DNA of 63,922 bases, filler included, from Asterionella formosa (lineage: Eukaryota): assembly GCA_002256025.1 (NCBI GenBank). It is 10 parts of 10 records of this genome, joined end to end, with 100 filler letters (N's around TTAATTAATTAA, not from the genome) between each part and the next. Parts side by side here need not be neighbours in the genome. Positions count along the whole stretch, not along the records: positions 36,974 to 62,278 come from NKIB01001992.1; 9 more parts are not named here. One strand, 5' to 3'. Below the pieces are notes generated by a model that saw nothing but the letters and a program-made list of their open reading frames with translations, was not told the origin of the DNA and made no database searches. The translations under genes were made by a program, and so were the position numbers. How positions within the stretch are numbered: position 1 is the stretch's first letter; the number at the start of each line of letters is the position of its first letter. Shown here one piece after another: positions 49,447-61,564 of this stretch.

Positions 49447-51507
49447 TCACATATGTGGGTTCCCTTTTGGTGCTTTGGTTGGTGTAATAGTGGGCATAGA
49501 AGTTGTTTTTTCAGTAGAAGGCTGAGCAGTTGGCATCACAGTTGTGCCTGCAAAAGTTGGTGTTGCTGTCGACAGCTTAGCTGTTGGGTTTGCAGTAGGG
49601 GTTTTAAAAGCTGGTGTGGCAGTAGAAGGCTTAGCAGTTAGTTTTGAAGCAGTGGGTATAGGAGTTGGTTTTGCAGTGGCAGGCTTGGCAGTAGGTTTGG
49701 AAGTTGGTGTCGCAGTAGTAAGCTTAACTTGAGTAGGCATGGCAGTGGGTGATGAACTAGGACTCAAGGTGACTAAAGTTGAACGAGGACAAGTCGAACT
49801 TTGACTGCTCAACCGAACTGAGAGATTCACATATTTTGGAGCCTGTGATGAGGCAGCAACAATCTCGCATGTTTCTATTGTGTAATTTTCTATCACAACA
49901 AACTGCTTTGCTGAGAGTGCCACCAGCATAGATGATTTCGACTTGCTGTCCACAGCTGTTGTAATTGTGACCAAGTTTGCCTTCTCCTGTACTTGTGCGT
50001 TAAAGCCCCCAGCTAGGTTGTACTGAATGTACAGTTTTCCAACAATGATGAGAACATATTCCTTCCGTGAAGTTGATGCTTTGTTATAGTCTACAAAACC
50101 CACAAGCTTGCCAGACCAGGCCCCACTTGTTGTTGTGGGGTTCACAGTGATCTGCTTATCAGCATACCAACCAAGGACAAAATTCTTGTGGCCATTGAAG
50201 CACATGACTGGCGATCCTGTACCAGAGTAGGAGGAACCCATCATGCAGCTCTGATCGCCATATTCATAGACATCCTCACTTGAATGTTGGAGGCCTAGAT
50301 TATGTCTAAACAATTAAATGAAAGTGGTAAGAGTAGAAAAAACAATATACAGTTGGGCACATGAAGGAGAGCCAATTTTGAACTCACCCAATTTCATGCA
50401 TTTTGGCACTGAGACTCGTGCAAAAGTCTGTTCAGATGACAATTCATGAGAATGGAATAAGTATTCATTGCCTATTGAAACAAAGATGTAAACATGCACA
50501 ACATACAGAGATTCCACTCACTTTGGTTATAGTATGAGTATTGACCCAAGATTGTTGTAGAACTGACCCAATTGGTTGAATTGTTTGCTCTGGATATGGT
50601 ACCAATAGGCATACAAAACATGATGTTGGAGAAGGTGTTACCAAGGTTAGTAACTCCAAGTGTATTCTTGATTGAAGATATCATGTCATTGGCAAGGGAA
50701 GAGGTGTATATGCCATTTACAGGGGCTGGAAGGGCAAGGTCAATAACTCCATTTGTGATCATACTCTCAAATCCACCTGCTGCTACAAACTGTAGCTTCC
50801 TAGCAGAACATGCGCTGTACTGAGCTGCAAATGAGTTCTGCTGACCTCCAGAGCCAAATGCTGCATTTGCAAGGCTTGCACGAGTATTGGATTGGGCTGA
50901 ACCTGGGGCAGTTACACGTACAATGAGCACTGTCCGGTTTCCAGTGGTCTGTACTAGTTGACGCCGACGATTTTCACGACTTGCAACAAAGTGTATGTCA
51001 GCATTTGGTGGAATAAGAATGTAGTCTGGTTTGCCGAATTCAGTACGAATTGCAGAACCACCTACAATGCAAATTGTAGACACACCGGAATCTAGCATCA
51101 CCTTGTTTCTATTGACAAAATGCGTAGGGAGGTTGATAGAATATGACATTTCCGATTTTCCGTCACTCTCTTGAGTCTCGTCAGTGAAACAGCGGTAGTC
51201 TGAGACGCCTGTATTATCCGCCATCATGATATGAACCACTGCAACTTGGCAGATGAGACATTCACGGCTTGCAACCTGAACTCCAGGGGATCCCTGTTGT
51301 TTTTTACGTCACAAGGATATAATTCAGCTGAATAGTTAAATACACTACCACAACACGCAACGAGGCCAATATTGTCACAAAGCTATTGGTCGGCTTTACG
51401 CTTGTAACATAGCTTGGCTTACTTACACTTCGTTGGGCATCGACAGTTTTGGATACAAGTGACACGAGCAAGACGGCCACAACAGCACCGGCAACTTTTC
51501 CAAGCAT
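49447..51507 (-). CDS. Secreted peptidase M11 (gametolysin-like) with P/T-rich tail, copy A; exons 51507-51427, 51293-50522, 50427-50388, 50305-49447
   Basis: Signal peptide, RRRQL processing site, spliced HEIGHNLGLQH zinc motif, EYGDQSCMMG Met-turn, CFNGHK. Confidence 0.88.
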
Positions 51508-51570
51508 TATATTTCTGTTTTTCAGCTCTCCTTTCAGTTATTTATAACACAATGATGTCAAAACACAATC

Positions 51571-52084
51571 ATGAAATGGGAACACAAGCCATTTTGTTTC
51601 GCATTTGTCTTTGTGTTCGCTTCGTTCGATTGTTACTTCTCTATCATACGACTCACTCACACTCTTGTTTTACTATCTATTCCGCCGGAGCAGATGTGGA
51701 CATCACTCCTGGTAATTATTCACTACGATGGTGACCCTTTTGTATCTCATACAAGATTTAAAAAGTAGTCAATATTCAGGGAAGCAGTTCACCCTAGCAA
51801 CGAACGTTCTTTGTGAACGATGGTGATGAAATGGGAACACAAAGCATTTTGTCTCGCATTTGTCTTTGTGTTCGCTTCGTTCGATTGGTATGTCTCTATC
51901 ATACGACTCACTCACACTCTTGTTTTACTATCAATTCCTCCGCAGCAGATGTGGACATCAGTCCTGGTAATGATTCACTACGATCGTGACCCTTTTGTAT
52001 GACGTACAGGATTTAATAGTGGTTGTCAATATTCGGGGAAGCAGTTCACCCCATCAACGAATGTTCTTTTCTGTGAACGATGGT
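51571..52084 (+). repeat. 255-bp tandem duplication directly upstream of M11 copy A
   Basis: 51571-51824 and 51826-52084 are highly similar. Confidence 0.92.
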
Positions 52085-54042
52085 TGATATGTATGACAGG
52101 TAAATAATCGAGTCATGGTTGCTGTATTTCCCTAATTAAAAGTGTAGTCTCGCTTCAATGAACTCATTGCGAACCCATCCTTTTACCGTGTGCATGTATG
52201 TAAACCTCAGCGTTAGTTTTTTCATCAGGACGTCGCTTACCGCGGTAAGCAAGCTGTGTAAACTGCTTCCAAGATTCGAAACTCGTAAAAATAGCCAAGA
52301 GCACCAAGAGCAACAGAAGCGTACAAATTGTTGTTCACTCACCACCGCCCTAACGTACTTTTACCACCAGCGGCACGAACTCCTGGGATTGGTTCTTACA
52401 TTGGTCCAAGGTACTCCTCTCACCTGATTGATATCCAAGCAACTTGCGGTCATTTTGCTTAACTAACATTTTAATTTGGGATAAAATAAGCTAAATCTTC
52501 AGTTAGAGCAAAATTGCATTCTCATTTTCTTTGCAGATAGTAAGTGGGAGTACACCAGAAGTGGTACCAGGGTACCAGGTACCTGGTAGACGAAGCGGTC
52601 GTCAACGGTTGAGCGAGTCGCAATCTTGCTCATTTCAGTATACTGGTATGTGACGATATACTATGGCAGTATCATTGTGTGGTTAGTACATACAAGTGAG
52701 AAGGAGTACCGATCATGTCGATATTATGTAAATACTGGCAAGCGGCTTTAGAACGAAACACATGTAGCAACACTCTGTTAGCTGATTTTCTTTCGATCCT
52801 CATGTCGCATCGGGAATGTCATGTAGCTATTTTTGTTGAGAAGTGATTCTTTTAGTTTCTCCACTTTATCTGATCATCGACTGAGTTATCAGGCTTTCTT
52901 GCCCCTTGTTTTGATGACAGAACCTCACCATGGCATTCACCATGTGAATTGCTTGCTGTCTCCTGTTTCCATGAAATCTCATCCAGGATGATAGCTAATT
53001 AAGAAGCCTTTGCTGCTAGTCTAGAAACAATTGCTATTATGCTAGACAAAAGTAGAAACTCAATATCTATAGAAGCTATATTTACTGCATGTATTATTTC
53101 AGCCAGAAGGTGATAGTGAATGGTCACGTGGACCATATACTGTCGTAAAAATTTTAGAGAGTCTGCTACAGCTGGAACAAAACAGTGAAACTAAGTTTTT
53201 GTTTGATCTCGTGCTCGACAGCAAATAGAGAAAAATGGTTGGAATCATTTGGACGGTTTTGCATTTTTCAAATCGTGATGGGCATGGTAATTGCTCTTTC
53301 AACCATTGAATTATTACCTTCAATCTATTGCGGTGTTCCTGTTTTTTTCAGCTTTCGCCGGTTATCTTCTGTCTCTTGAATTTGACCAAAGTGCTCATCA
53401 TGGACATCAATATTGCCTCCTATTATGACTACAACAGGTTCATCTGTCCCTTTGGGACAAATGCAGAATGTTTACAGCCTCCAGGCATTCTTATTGTCAA
53501 AAGCACAAGTTGCTGTGAAGAATAAGTTGTTGTGGTATGGTGATTGTGACTTTCCTATTTGTATGAGTGATGAAGGTATCAGAACAATAATTTACAGTGG
53601 TGTTTATAGTACAAAACACCCGTGCATGCCTCTTCCTCCTGCACGGTACCCTGGTACCCCTTTTACCAGGTACCGGAGTACAGGTATGTTACCTGGTACC
53701 AGGTTTTAGGGGAGCAGGCATTTGTACCTATACTGGCATACCGGTACTACCGGTAGTTGATCGAGTCGGGATTTGAAAACGGCCGCTGGCTGATTGTGTA
53801 GAATATCAATTACCGGTACCTCCTACCTGGTACTGCGCTACTGACATTGTACGTCCACAAAGCACACCCCGATAGTTGAAGTGGAAAGTGTACACTTGAG
53901 TGTTTACTTTTGTAGCTACGGCTACCTGAGGAGTATTGTTGAACCTGGTCCGTGCGAGGAATTGAGTAGAGTCCAAAAGTATAGAAAAAGTGTAGACTAA
54001 CCACCAGATAACTGCCGTTTAGTTTTTACTATTTCCGGGAAT

Positions 54043-54219
54043 GTAGCTGGAGGGGGAATTGCTGAAGGCAATACACGCCCGAGGTAGTCTCTTGCCTGCG
54101 AGTATACATGTGTACTCGGCTGGGATGGCACTCGTAGGGTGACCTTCTCGCAGCGCCGGATACGAGAAGGCAAGTAGCCGCCGAGAAGGGTATTGTTGAG
54201 GCAATTCCCGCTCTAGCTA
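54043..54219 (+). ncRNA. Candidate structured RNA or foldback element of unknown class
   Basis: TAGCTGGAGGGGGAATTGC pairs with GCAATTCCCGCTCTAGCTA and GGCAATAC with GTATTGTT, enclosing two hairpins; wobble pairs are G-U on the + strand. Confidence 0.4.
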
Positions 54220-54544
54220 TCGCCGCGTCATTCGCTTACCTACTGCCCACAAATTTAGCATAAATGTCAATTTTAGCCTACTATTGCCCATCATATAAAA
54301 TATATTTTGGATATTTCCTATCTCCACCTCGAAAATTGCCAAAGGTCCGATATTGCCCATCATTAAAATATATTTTGAATATTTCATATGTTCGCATTTT
54401 GGCAAGACAACAGACGCCAATTGCCCCTCGGTTTTCCAGTCCTGGGGTTGCTCATGTGTTTCTATTCCCCTGTCGTTGTTTCCCTTCCTCTATTACATTT
54501 TGAACATCAATCGTTGTGTTTTTAGAAGCGTTCCACCGTCCGCC

Positions 54545-55555
54545 ATGACGACTCCTCGCATCCTTACCCTCAAACAAATTGAAGAGCTCTCGTCGTCCTG
54601 TTCTTCTTTTGGCATCTCCCTGATTGATGCCATGGAACAAGGCTTTGCTTCCTTTTCTGCCGGTGCGTTCAACATTTGCCCAGTTCAAACTATGGGCGCA
54701 CCGCCAATGGCTCCTATGACTAGCGGTACTAATTATCCTCATGAACATTACGCGGCTCAAGTGTGTGTTAAATCAGGATACCTGACAGGAGATTCTCATT
54801 TTGTTATTAAAGTAGCGTCGGGTGGGACGCCGTGGACCAATTCTGGGTTGGTGCAGATGTATTCTCAAAACACAGGTCAACTTGAACTGTTACTCCTCGA
54901 TCAAGGACTGCTGACTGAATTACGTACAGCTGCTGCTGGAGCTGTTGCAACTCGAGTGTTGGGACCCAAAGTCGTGACCAAAATTGGTATGGTGGGGACT
55001 GGTGTTCAAGCTAGATATCAATTGCAGTATCTCCGATATGTGACAGATTGTCGGCATGTCATGATTTATGGCCGTAGTAACGAAAACGTTATGACCCTCA
55101 AGATGGACTTGGAGACAATGGGGTGGGTGGTGGAAGTTGCAAAAGCGCCCAATGACTTGATGAACCATTGCAATGTCATCGTAACAACAACATGTGCCAG
55201 ACAAGGACTTCTTTCCGAGCTTCCCACAATACACCCCACTCTCCTTGTTTGCATCGGTGCAGACGCGCCGGGTAAACAAGAGTTGGCAGCGGAACTGGTA
55301 GCACACGCCGATTGTCTTGTATGTGATTCTAGGATACAAACGAAAGAACGTGGAGAATTTCAACATGCCCTTCAAAGTGGCCTTGTCAGCATGAGCTCAT
55401 CGTCAGTGTTGGAATTGGGTGAAGTGGTGGCAAATTCATCGCTCCTTGCAAATGGCCGATCACTGACCATTTTTGATTCTTCTGGAGTAGCTTTTCAGGA
55501 TTGTATTGTTGCAAAAATAGTGTACGAGACCCTAAATGACATATCAATAGAGTAA
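54545..55555 (+). CDS. Ornithine cyclodeaminase / mu-crystallin family protein
   Basis: LLTELRTAAAGA, VGTGVQARYQ, CIGADAPGKQE, TIFDSSGVAFQD. Confidence 0.93.
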   Translation: MTTPRILTLKQIEELSSSCSSFGISLIDAMEQGFASFSAGAFNICPVQTMGAPPMAPMTSGTNYPHEHYAAQVCVKSGYLTGDSHFVIKVASGGTPWTNSGLVQMYSQNTGQLELLLLDQGLLTELRTAAAGAVATRVLGPKVVTKIGMVGTGVQARYQLQYLRYVTDCRHVMIYGRSNENVMTLKMDLETMGWVVEVAKAPNDLMNHCNVIVTTTCARQGLLSELPTIHPTLLVCIGADAPGKQELAAELVAHADCLVCDSRIQTKERGEFQHALQSGLVSMSSSSVLELGEVVANSSLLANGRSLTIFDSSGVAFQDCIVAKIVYETLNDISIE

Positions 55556-55714
55556 AATGGATAATGCAAAAGTGGTAATTTTGAAATAGGTTTGTGAGCA
55601 TTCTGCCACTTATAGAAATGCGCATATTCATGAGCGCGTTCGTGTATTTGGCTAGCTAGCAACGCGACACTATGTAACACGATTTGCTTGCAAAATCTGA
55701 TTCATGATCAATCA

Positions 55715-57454
55715 CTAACCAAAAACATTCTTCATGACATTGCCCATGCCGTTCTTTCGTCGACTTTCAAAAAAGCTAGCAACACTCGATTCAAAATCTT
55801 CGGCGTCAACGTTGGGAATAATTGTGGAAGCGTCCTTTCCTGCTCGAAGGGCAGCAGTGACACGTCGAACGGCTCGAATAGCTGCCTCGTTGACAATAAA
55901 TTCTAATTCTGCTCCACTCAGTCCAGGCGTCGCAGATGCCACAGCACTCAAGTCTACCTTGCTTCCGATTCCCAGACTTCCAATTCGTTTCAGGTCGACA
56001 CCATTGCACTCTTGAAAGCCAGGTAATTTCTTGGCGTGTACGCGCAGAATGGCCTCCCTGCCATCCGTGTTTGGCAATGTCAATTTGACCATTCGATCAA
56101 ACCGCCCAGGTCGGACAAGAGCTTGGTCCAATACTTCTCTTCGATTAGTCGCAGCCAATACGCAAATCTGCTTTGAAGAATCGAGGCCATCCATGCAAGC
56201 CAAGAGCTGATTGAGTGTTTGTTCAGCTTCATCATTGCCCCGCATGTTCGCCATCATACCTGTATCGCGTGCCTTGCCCAGAGCGTCTAGTTCATCAATG
56301 AAAATAATGCAAGGTGCCATTCGCTGGGCTTTTTCAAACGTTTTCCTCACGCGGGCGGCTCCACGACCAACATACATTTCAACAAAATCCGAACCGCTGC
56401 AGTATATCAATGGGACACCTGCAGTGGCAGCTGTGGCTCTAGCCAACAAGGTTTTACCTGTTCCAGGTGGACCTTCCAATAGTAGTCCTGTGGGTGCTCG
56501 GGCTCCAAGAATTGCATATTTTCCTGGGTTTCTCAGTGTGTCCACCAACTCCATAACTTCGAATTTCGCATTGTCGATTCCTTGAATATCATCAAACGTG
56601 GCTGAAGGCAATTGACTCATGTCAGCGAGTTTGCCCGGAGAACTGCCGCTGCCTCCAGCACCGGTCATATTGCGATAAACACGAAGCAAAAATATGGCAT
56701 AGCAACAAATAAGTACTGTTCGAACGGCAGTCCCCATGACCCTTGTGGAGGCAGGCGCGGTGGCTGCAGTGAATTGAACTTTGTTCTTTCGCAAATAGTC
56801 GAGAAACTCGGCAGACGCTGGCACTCGTCTCGTGAATGCATTCCGACCAGGAATTTCAATGTCTAGTTTTTTGCCTTGAACATAGCCCTTGAGAGCTGCT
56901 CTTTGTTCGTCTGTAAAAGGTTGCAGGTACTGGTATGTGATTTTGTCTGCGCCAATGCGTAAATTGACCACTTGTCCTCCATCCTTTTGAGGACTGTCAA
57001 TCAAATCTTGGAACTGGGAATACGCAATTTCTACGGCAGGCGCGGGGCGTGGAGCATAGTTCTGAGATTTGAAAGCATAGCCAACCAAAGGGGCAAAGAC
57101 TAGGGAAGCACACAAGAGCTTTGCTGCGAAAAGCAGCTTGGCTTTTTGCGTCATGACTTTGAATTTCCCGGGAAATCGGATGATTTGGAGCAGCATGATA
57201 GCAAATACCTTTTTCACCAAGATGATCGGATTTGTCACTGGCGGCTCCCTCTTTTCATTTGGATCATTACTGACATTGCTTAACAGCGCTGAGTGAGGCG
57301 AAGACACAACAGGCTTTCTCTTGAAGAATGGGTGATTTCGCACAAAGGAAGCTCGTTCAGTTGAAACAAAATCTCTACTGTAACAAGAAGGTAGTTGAAA
57401 ACCTGTCGAGTAACCCAGACTGACCAGAAAGGGAACTAACAGTCGATTCATCAT
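55715..57454 (-). CDS. FtsH-like membrane AAA ATPase lacking the M41 protease domain, plastid-type presequence
   Basis: Two TM segments, GPPGTGKT, GSDFVEMYVGRGAARVR, IIFIDELD, AATNR..LD.AL.RPGRFDR; stops just after the AAA lid with no HEXXH. Confidence 0.9.
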   Translation of the reverse strand: MMNRLLVPFLVSLGYSTGFQLPSCYSRDFVSTERASFVRNHPFFKRKPVVSSPHSALLSNVSNDPNEKREPPVTNPIILVKKVFAIMLLQIIRFPGKFKVMTQKAKLLFAAKLLCASLVFAPLVGYAFKSQNYAPRPAPAVEIAYSQFQDLIDSPQKDGGQVVNLRIGADKITYQYLQPFTDEQRAALKGYVQGKKLDIEIPGRNAFTRRVPASAEFLDYLRKNKVQFTAATAPASTRVMGTAVRTVLICCYAIFLLRVYRNMTGAGGSGSSPGKLADMSQLPSATFDDIQGIDNAKFEVMELVDTLRNPGKYAILGARAPTGLLLEGPPGTGKTLLARATAATAGVPLIYCSGSDFVEMYVGRGAARVRKTFEKAQRMAPCIIFIDELDALGKARDTGMMANMRGNDEAEQTLNQLLACMDGLDSSKQICVLAATNRREVLDQALVRPGRFDRMVKLTLPNTDGREAILRVHAKKLPGFQECNGVDLKRIGSLGIGSKVDLSAVASATPGLSGAELEFIVNEAAIRAVRRVTAALRAGKDASTIIPNVDAEDFESSVASFFESRRKNGMGNVMKNVFG

Positions 57455-57950
57455 TTTCAGAATTTTATGCACAAGGCGACGCACGCAGAATTGAGGGTTT
57501 GTTCTGGTTTTTTACGGTAGCAAAGAAGGACGCCGAGTGCATATAATAAAATGGTTTATGTATTAAAAAATTAATACGGTATACCGGTATCGCCACGAGG
57601 AGAGGGAAGGAAACGAGGAGGCGATGACGACACAACGGCGTACCGGTACACCGGTAATAAAGCGGTTGTACCTGGTAACTGGTACCTTGTACCGGGTGCC
57701 ACCATAGTATGTCAGACTCCCTGGCTATCGGTACCGGTACCAGCACCAAGTTGCTTGCTGTAATTGTGCTGGAACTAAACCTTTAGCTATCTTTACCCTT
57801 CATTAAATTGTATATTTAAGCCAAATGCCCGCAACTTGCAGGTACCTGGTACCAGGTACCAGGGAGTACCCATATACATGTAATGCACATGGTAATGTTT
57901 TATCTATTGGAGGGAAAGAGATCAGGATCCCTGGTACCTGGTACCAGGTA

Positions 57951-58200
57951 CGACTTAAAAATTGTAAGCCACCATTATTTTACTCCATCTTCCGACTAAA
58001 AATATTCAAGTAATATTACAATCGAAACCTGATGCAGGTACGAAGTGTATGTTACACGATGCACTCTATTCTTCGAATAAGTAATCAGTTTTGATTCAGT
58101 GTATGAAGCCATGAAGATCCAATTTTTTCAAGTCATCAAGATTGCTGCATGATAGCAGTGGCTTACAGTGCATATTTTTCTATCCATACATGAGTATGTT
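57951..58200 (-). mobile_element. Second copy of the pogo-like element terminus
   Basis: Reverse-complement similarity to about 27385-27633, including both TGTAAGCCAC sites; begins TA|CGACTTAAAAATTGTAAGCC. Confidence 0.8.
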
Positions 58201-58540
58201 AGCACAATCTAAAGAGTTCGCAAAAACGGGTCAAAGATCATTGCATGATTACTTTGACCAAAATACACCCACGCCAAAGGAGTTCATCAATAATATGGAG
58301 GAAAGAATAATAACAAGACGCCCTCAGACACAAACAAAACTATCTGTCAGGTACAACAGCTGACACACGACCGCAAATATCGTTCTAACAAGACCACACT
58401 ATATCACCGATAAAAAAATTTATTATACAGACTACCTATCTCCACTGCCCCACCTTTCATGGGCCTTGGAGCGCAATGAAGACAAACCTAGAAATAGACC
58501 AGTAATATTATGCACTATAAAAATGATAAATATAAATATT

Positions 58541-58548
58541 GGGGGGGG

Positions 58549-58585
<37 letters not shown>

Positions 58586-58590
58586 GGGGG
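58541..58590 (+). repeat. Poly-G tract, about 50 bp
   Basis: Nearly pure G run. Confidence 0.9.
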
Positions 58591-59018
58591 CTTGCATCAT
58601 CGCCGAATTCTTTTGACACATAGTGTATCAGAAAGCACAATGACATTGTCCATACACTAAATTAATTCTATGGGAAGAATTTTACCATCACCATTTTTCA
58701 CAATCTCAGTGAATCAATATTGGCTACTTCCAACAACCAGCCACTCTTCCTTCCTTCCTTCTAAGGTGGTTCCAACATGGAACAACACTTCACCTCTGTC
58801 TTCTGGCAGCAAAGGATCATCAGCTAGTGGATCGAAAAGCTCAAGGCTTCCATATCACCAAGCTACTCCTGAAGTCACAGCAAACACTGAGTCTGATGAA
58901 TCTGTTTCAAGGCGCCGCCTCATCCTTCGACATGTTTCTTCAGAAATATAAGAAACTGGAGGCCCAGAAATAGGGAATGCAATGGGCTGAGAAAGGTATT
59001 TTTCTAGTGTGCATAATG

Positions 59019-61564
59019 CTACTTGGTTGGCTTTCTAGTGGGACTCCGAGTTGGTTTGACACCTTGAATAGGACTTCGAGTCGGGCTCCGAGTAGGCCTC
59101 TTTGCTGGGCTCCGAGTGGGACTCTTTGTTGGGCTCCTAGTTGGACTACGAGTTGGGCTTTGAGTGGGATGAATAGTGGATGGCTTCTCAGAAACAATAG
59201 AATTTATAATCCCAGTCGGCATTTGAGTAGGTATATATGTTGGCGTTACAGTTGGTAACACAGTAGGCTTCAACGTTGGTGACGCAGTCGGCACAAACGT
59301 CGGCTCAGCAGTGGGAAGAATAGTTGGCTTCAATGTTGGTGACGCAGTTGGAGTAAACGTAAGCGATGGAGTCGGAAGAAAGGTTGGCTTTAGCGTCGGT
59401 GATGCAGTTGGAAGAATTGTTGGTCTTAATGTCGGTGATTCAGTTGGAAGAATTGTTGGCTTGAATGTCGGTGATTCAGTTGGAAGAATTGTTGGCTTTA
59501 ATGTCGGTGATGCAGTCGGCATCACAGTTGGAAAAATAGTTGGCTTCAATGTCGGTGATACATTTGGCAAAGCCGAACGCTTCGCAGAAGGTATGGCACT
59601 CGGAATCAGAGTTGGCAGAACTGACTGGACAAATGATGGGATTGGTGATGCCTTAGGTACAACTGGCAGCATTGGACTTGGTGCATCTGAAGGCACATCT
59701 GTGGGTTTCCAAGTAGGTGTTTTGGTCGGCATCACGGTGGGAAGAGAAGTTGGCGTAGCAGTTGTGGGCTGCACCGTTGCCAGTCTAGTAGGCTTAGCAG
59801 TTGGCAGTTTAGTTGGCTGAGGAGTTGGTGAGGAAGTAGGATTCATTGTGACTAAAGTTGCTCCAGGACACGTCGAGTTCTGAGTATTCAGACGAATTGA
59901 GAGCATCACATAGCTTGGAACTTGAGATTTGGCAGCTACAAACGCACATGCTTCTATAACGTACGAGCCGATGACAGCGGCTTTATTTGCTGAGATTGAC
60001 AGCAACATCGATGACATGCTTTTGTCATTCGCGGCTGTTACAATTGTGACATTGTTTTTCTTTTCCTGTACTCCAGAATTAAAGCCCTCAGCAAGGTTGT
60101 ACTGAATGTAAAGTTGGCCGACAATGATGAGAACATATTCATTGCGAGACGAAGGTGATGCCTTGGCATAGTCTACGAAACCCACAAGATTGCCTGTCCA
60201 AGCCCCACCTGTTTCTGGGTTAACGGTGATTTGCTTGTCGGCATACCAGCCGAAAATATAGTTCTTGTGGCCGTTGAAGCACATGAGTGGCGATTCTGTG
60301 GCAGAGTAGGAGAATCCCATCATACAGCTCTGATCATCGTATTCTTTGCCAGCTTCATTGGAATGACGGGCACCTAGGTTATGTCTGCAAAAAGTCCAGT
60401 GAGAAGACATAAAACATAAAGTCACCTGTGAATTTTACATTGGCGTATACACACCCAATTTCATGAACTTTTACACTGAAACTGTTGCACCAACCTGTTT
60501 AAAAAAATAAAAAAGTAAGCAAATGATTAAAACGTTGGTTTTCGGTTGGACAAGCCAAAAATGGCCTGGTCTGGTGTGCACGCACCATTGTTATAGAATG
60601 AAAAATATCCCGATACATATGCATATGCAAGCCAACCTGTTGAATTACTTGATATGGTACCAGTTGGCATGCAAAACATGATGTGGTTGAAAGTGATGCC
60701 GAGATCAGCAATACCGAGCGCACCCTTAACAAAAGTTATCATGGAGTTTTCAAAGGAGGATGACATGGTCATGCCATTGACAGTTGCATTGAGTTGCAGC
60801 TCCGTCACTCCATTGGTGATCTGACCTATAAATCCACTTGCTGCAATAAATGAGAGCTTCCCGGCAGAACATGAGCTGTACTGGGAAGCCATAGAGTATT
60901 GCTGACCTCCAGTGCCAAAGGTTCCATTAGCAAGGCTTGCGGCAGAATTGGATTGGTTTGAATTAGGAGCAGTGACACGCACAATAAGCACTGTTCGGTC
61001 TCCAGTCTGAGCTAGGTGACGCTGACGATTCGTACGTCTAGCAACAAAGTGAATGTTAGTATTCTGTGGAATAACAACGTAGTCCGGTTTCCCGAATTCA
61101 GTACGAATGGCAGAACCACCAACAATGCAAATCGTAGACACACCAGAGTCTAGTGTTATCTTATGTGCATTGATGAACGCAGTTGGAAGGTTGATGGAAT
61201 ATGACATCTCCGACTCTCCGTCGCCCTCCTGGGCCTCGTCGGTGAGACAGCGGTAACTTGCGAAGCTTACACCATCCGCTAACATGACGCTTACGACTCC
61301 AACCTGGCAATAGAGACATTCACCGATTGCCACCTCGACTCCAGGATTTCCCTTTAGTTGTTTGGATCACAAGAAAAGGGTTAAGCTAAACAGTAGAGAT
61401 GCAACAGCAGACCACATCACAAATAATAAAGCTTCGAAAGCTTGAGACATCATATGCGCTTGTCGACTTACATCTCCTTGTTGGGCAAATACATCGTCGG
61501 CTTGTCCATAGACGGTGGATGTGAAAAGGGTGAAGGCGGCTATGAAAACTGCTCTAACCATCAT
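59019..61564 (-). CDS. Secreted peptidase M11 (gametolysin-like) with long PT-repeat stalk, copy B; exons 61564-61472, 61351-60586, 60494-60455, 60384-59019
   Basis: Same intron positions as copy A; spliced HEIGHNLGARH; 12-aa PT(A/E)SPTLKPTIL and 4-aa RSPT repeats. Confidence 0.88.

Noticed and set aside
53924..53962. TPP-riboswitch-like words (CTGAG...TTGAACCTG...GCGAGG)
   Set aside because: The P5 stem-loop and a P2 partner are missing, and no thiamine gene is adjacent.
54140..54175. HDV-like ribozyme resemblance (CCTTCTCGCAGCGCCGG)
   Set aside because: P3, P1 and P2 pairings and the catalytic C strand could not be built.
58541..58590. Poly-G as a functional G-quadruplex or poly-Gly ORF
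   Set aside because: Homopolymer length is unreliable and may be a sequencing artefact; the surrounding ORF is not gene-like.
59311..59820. Val/Gly-rich ORF on the + strand
   Set aside because: Antisense shadow of the M11 PT repeats.
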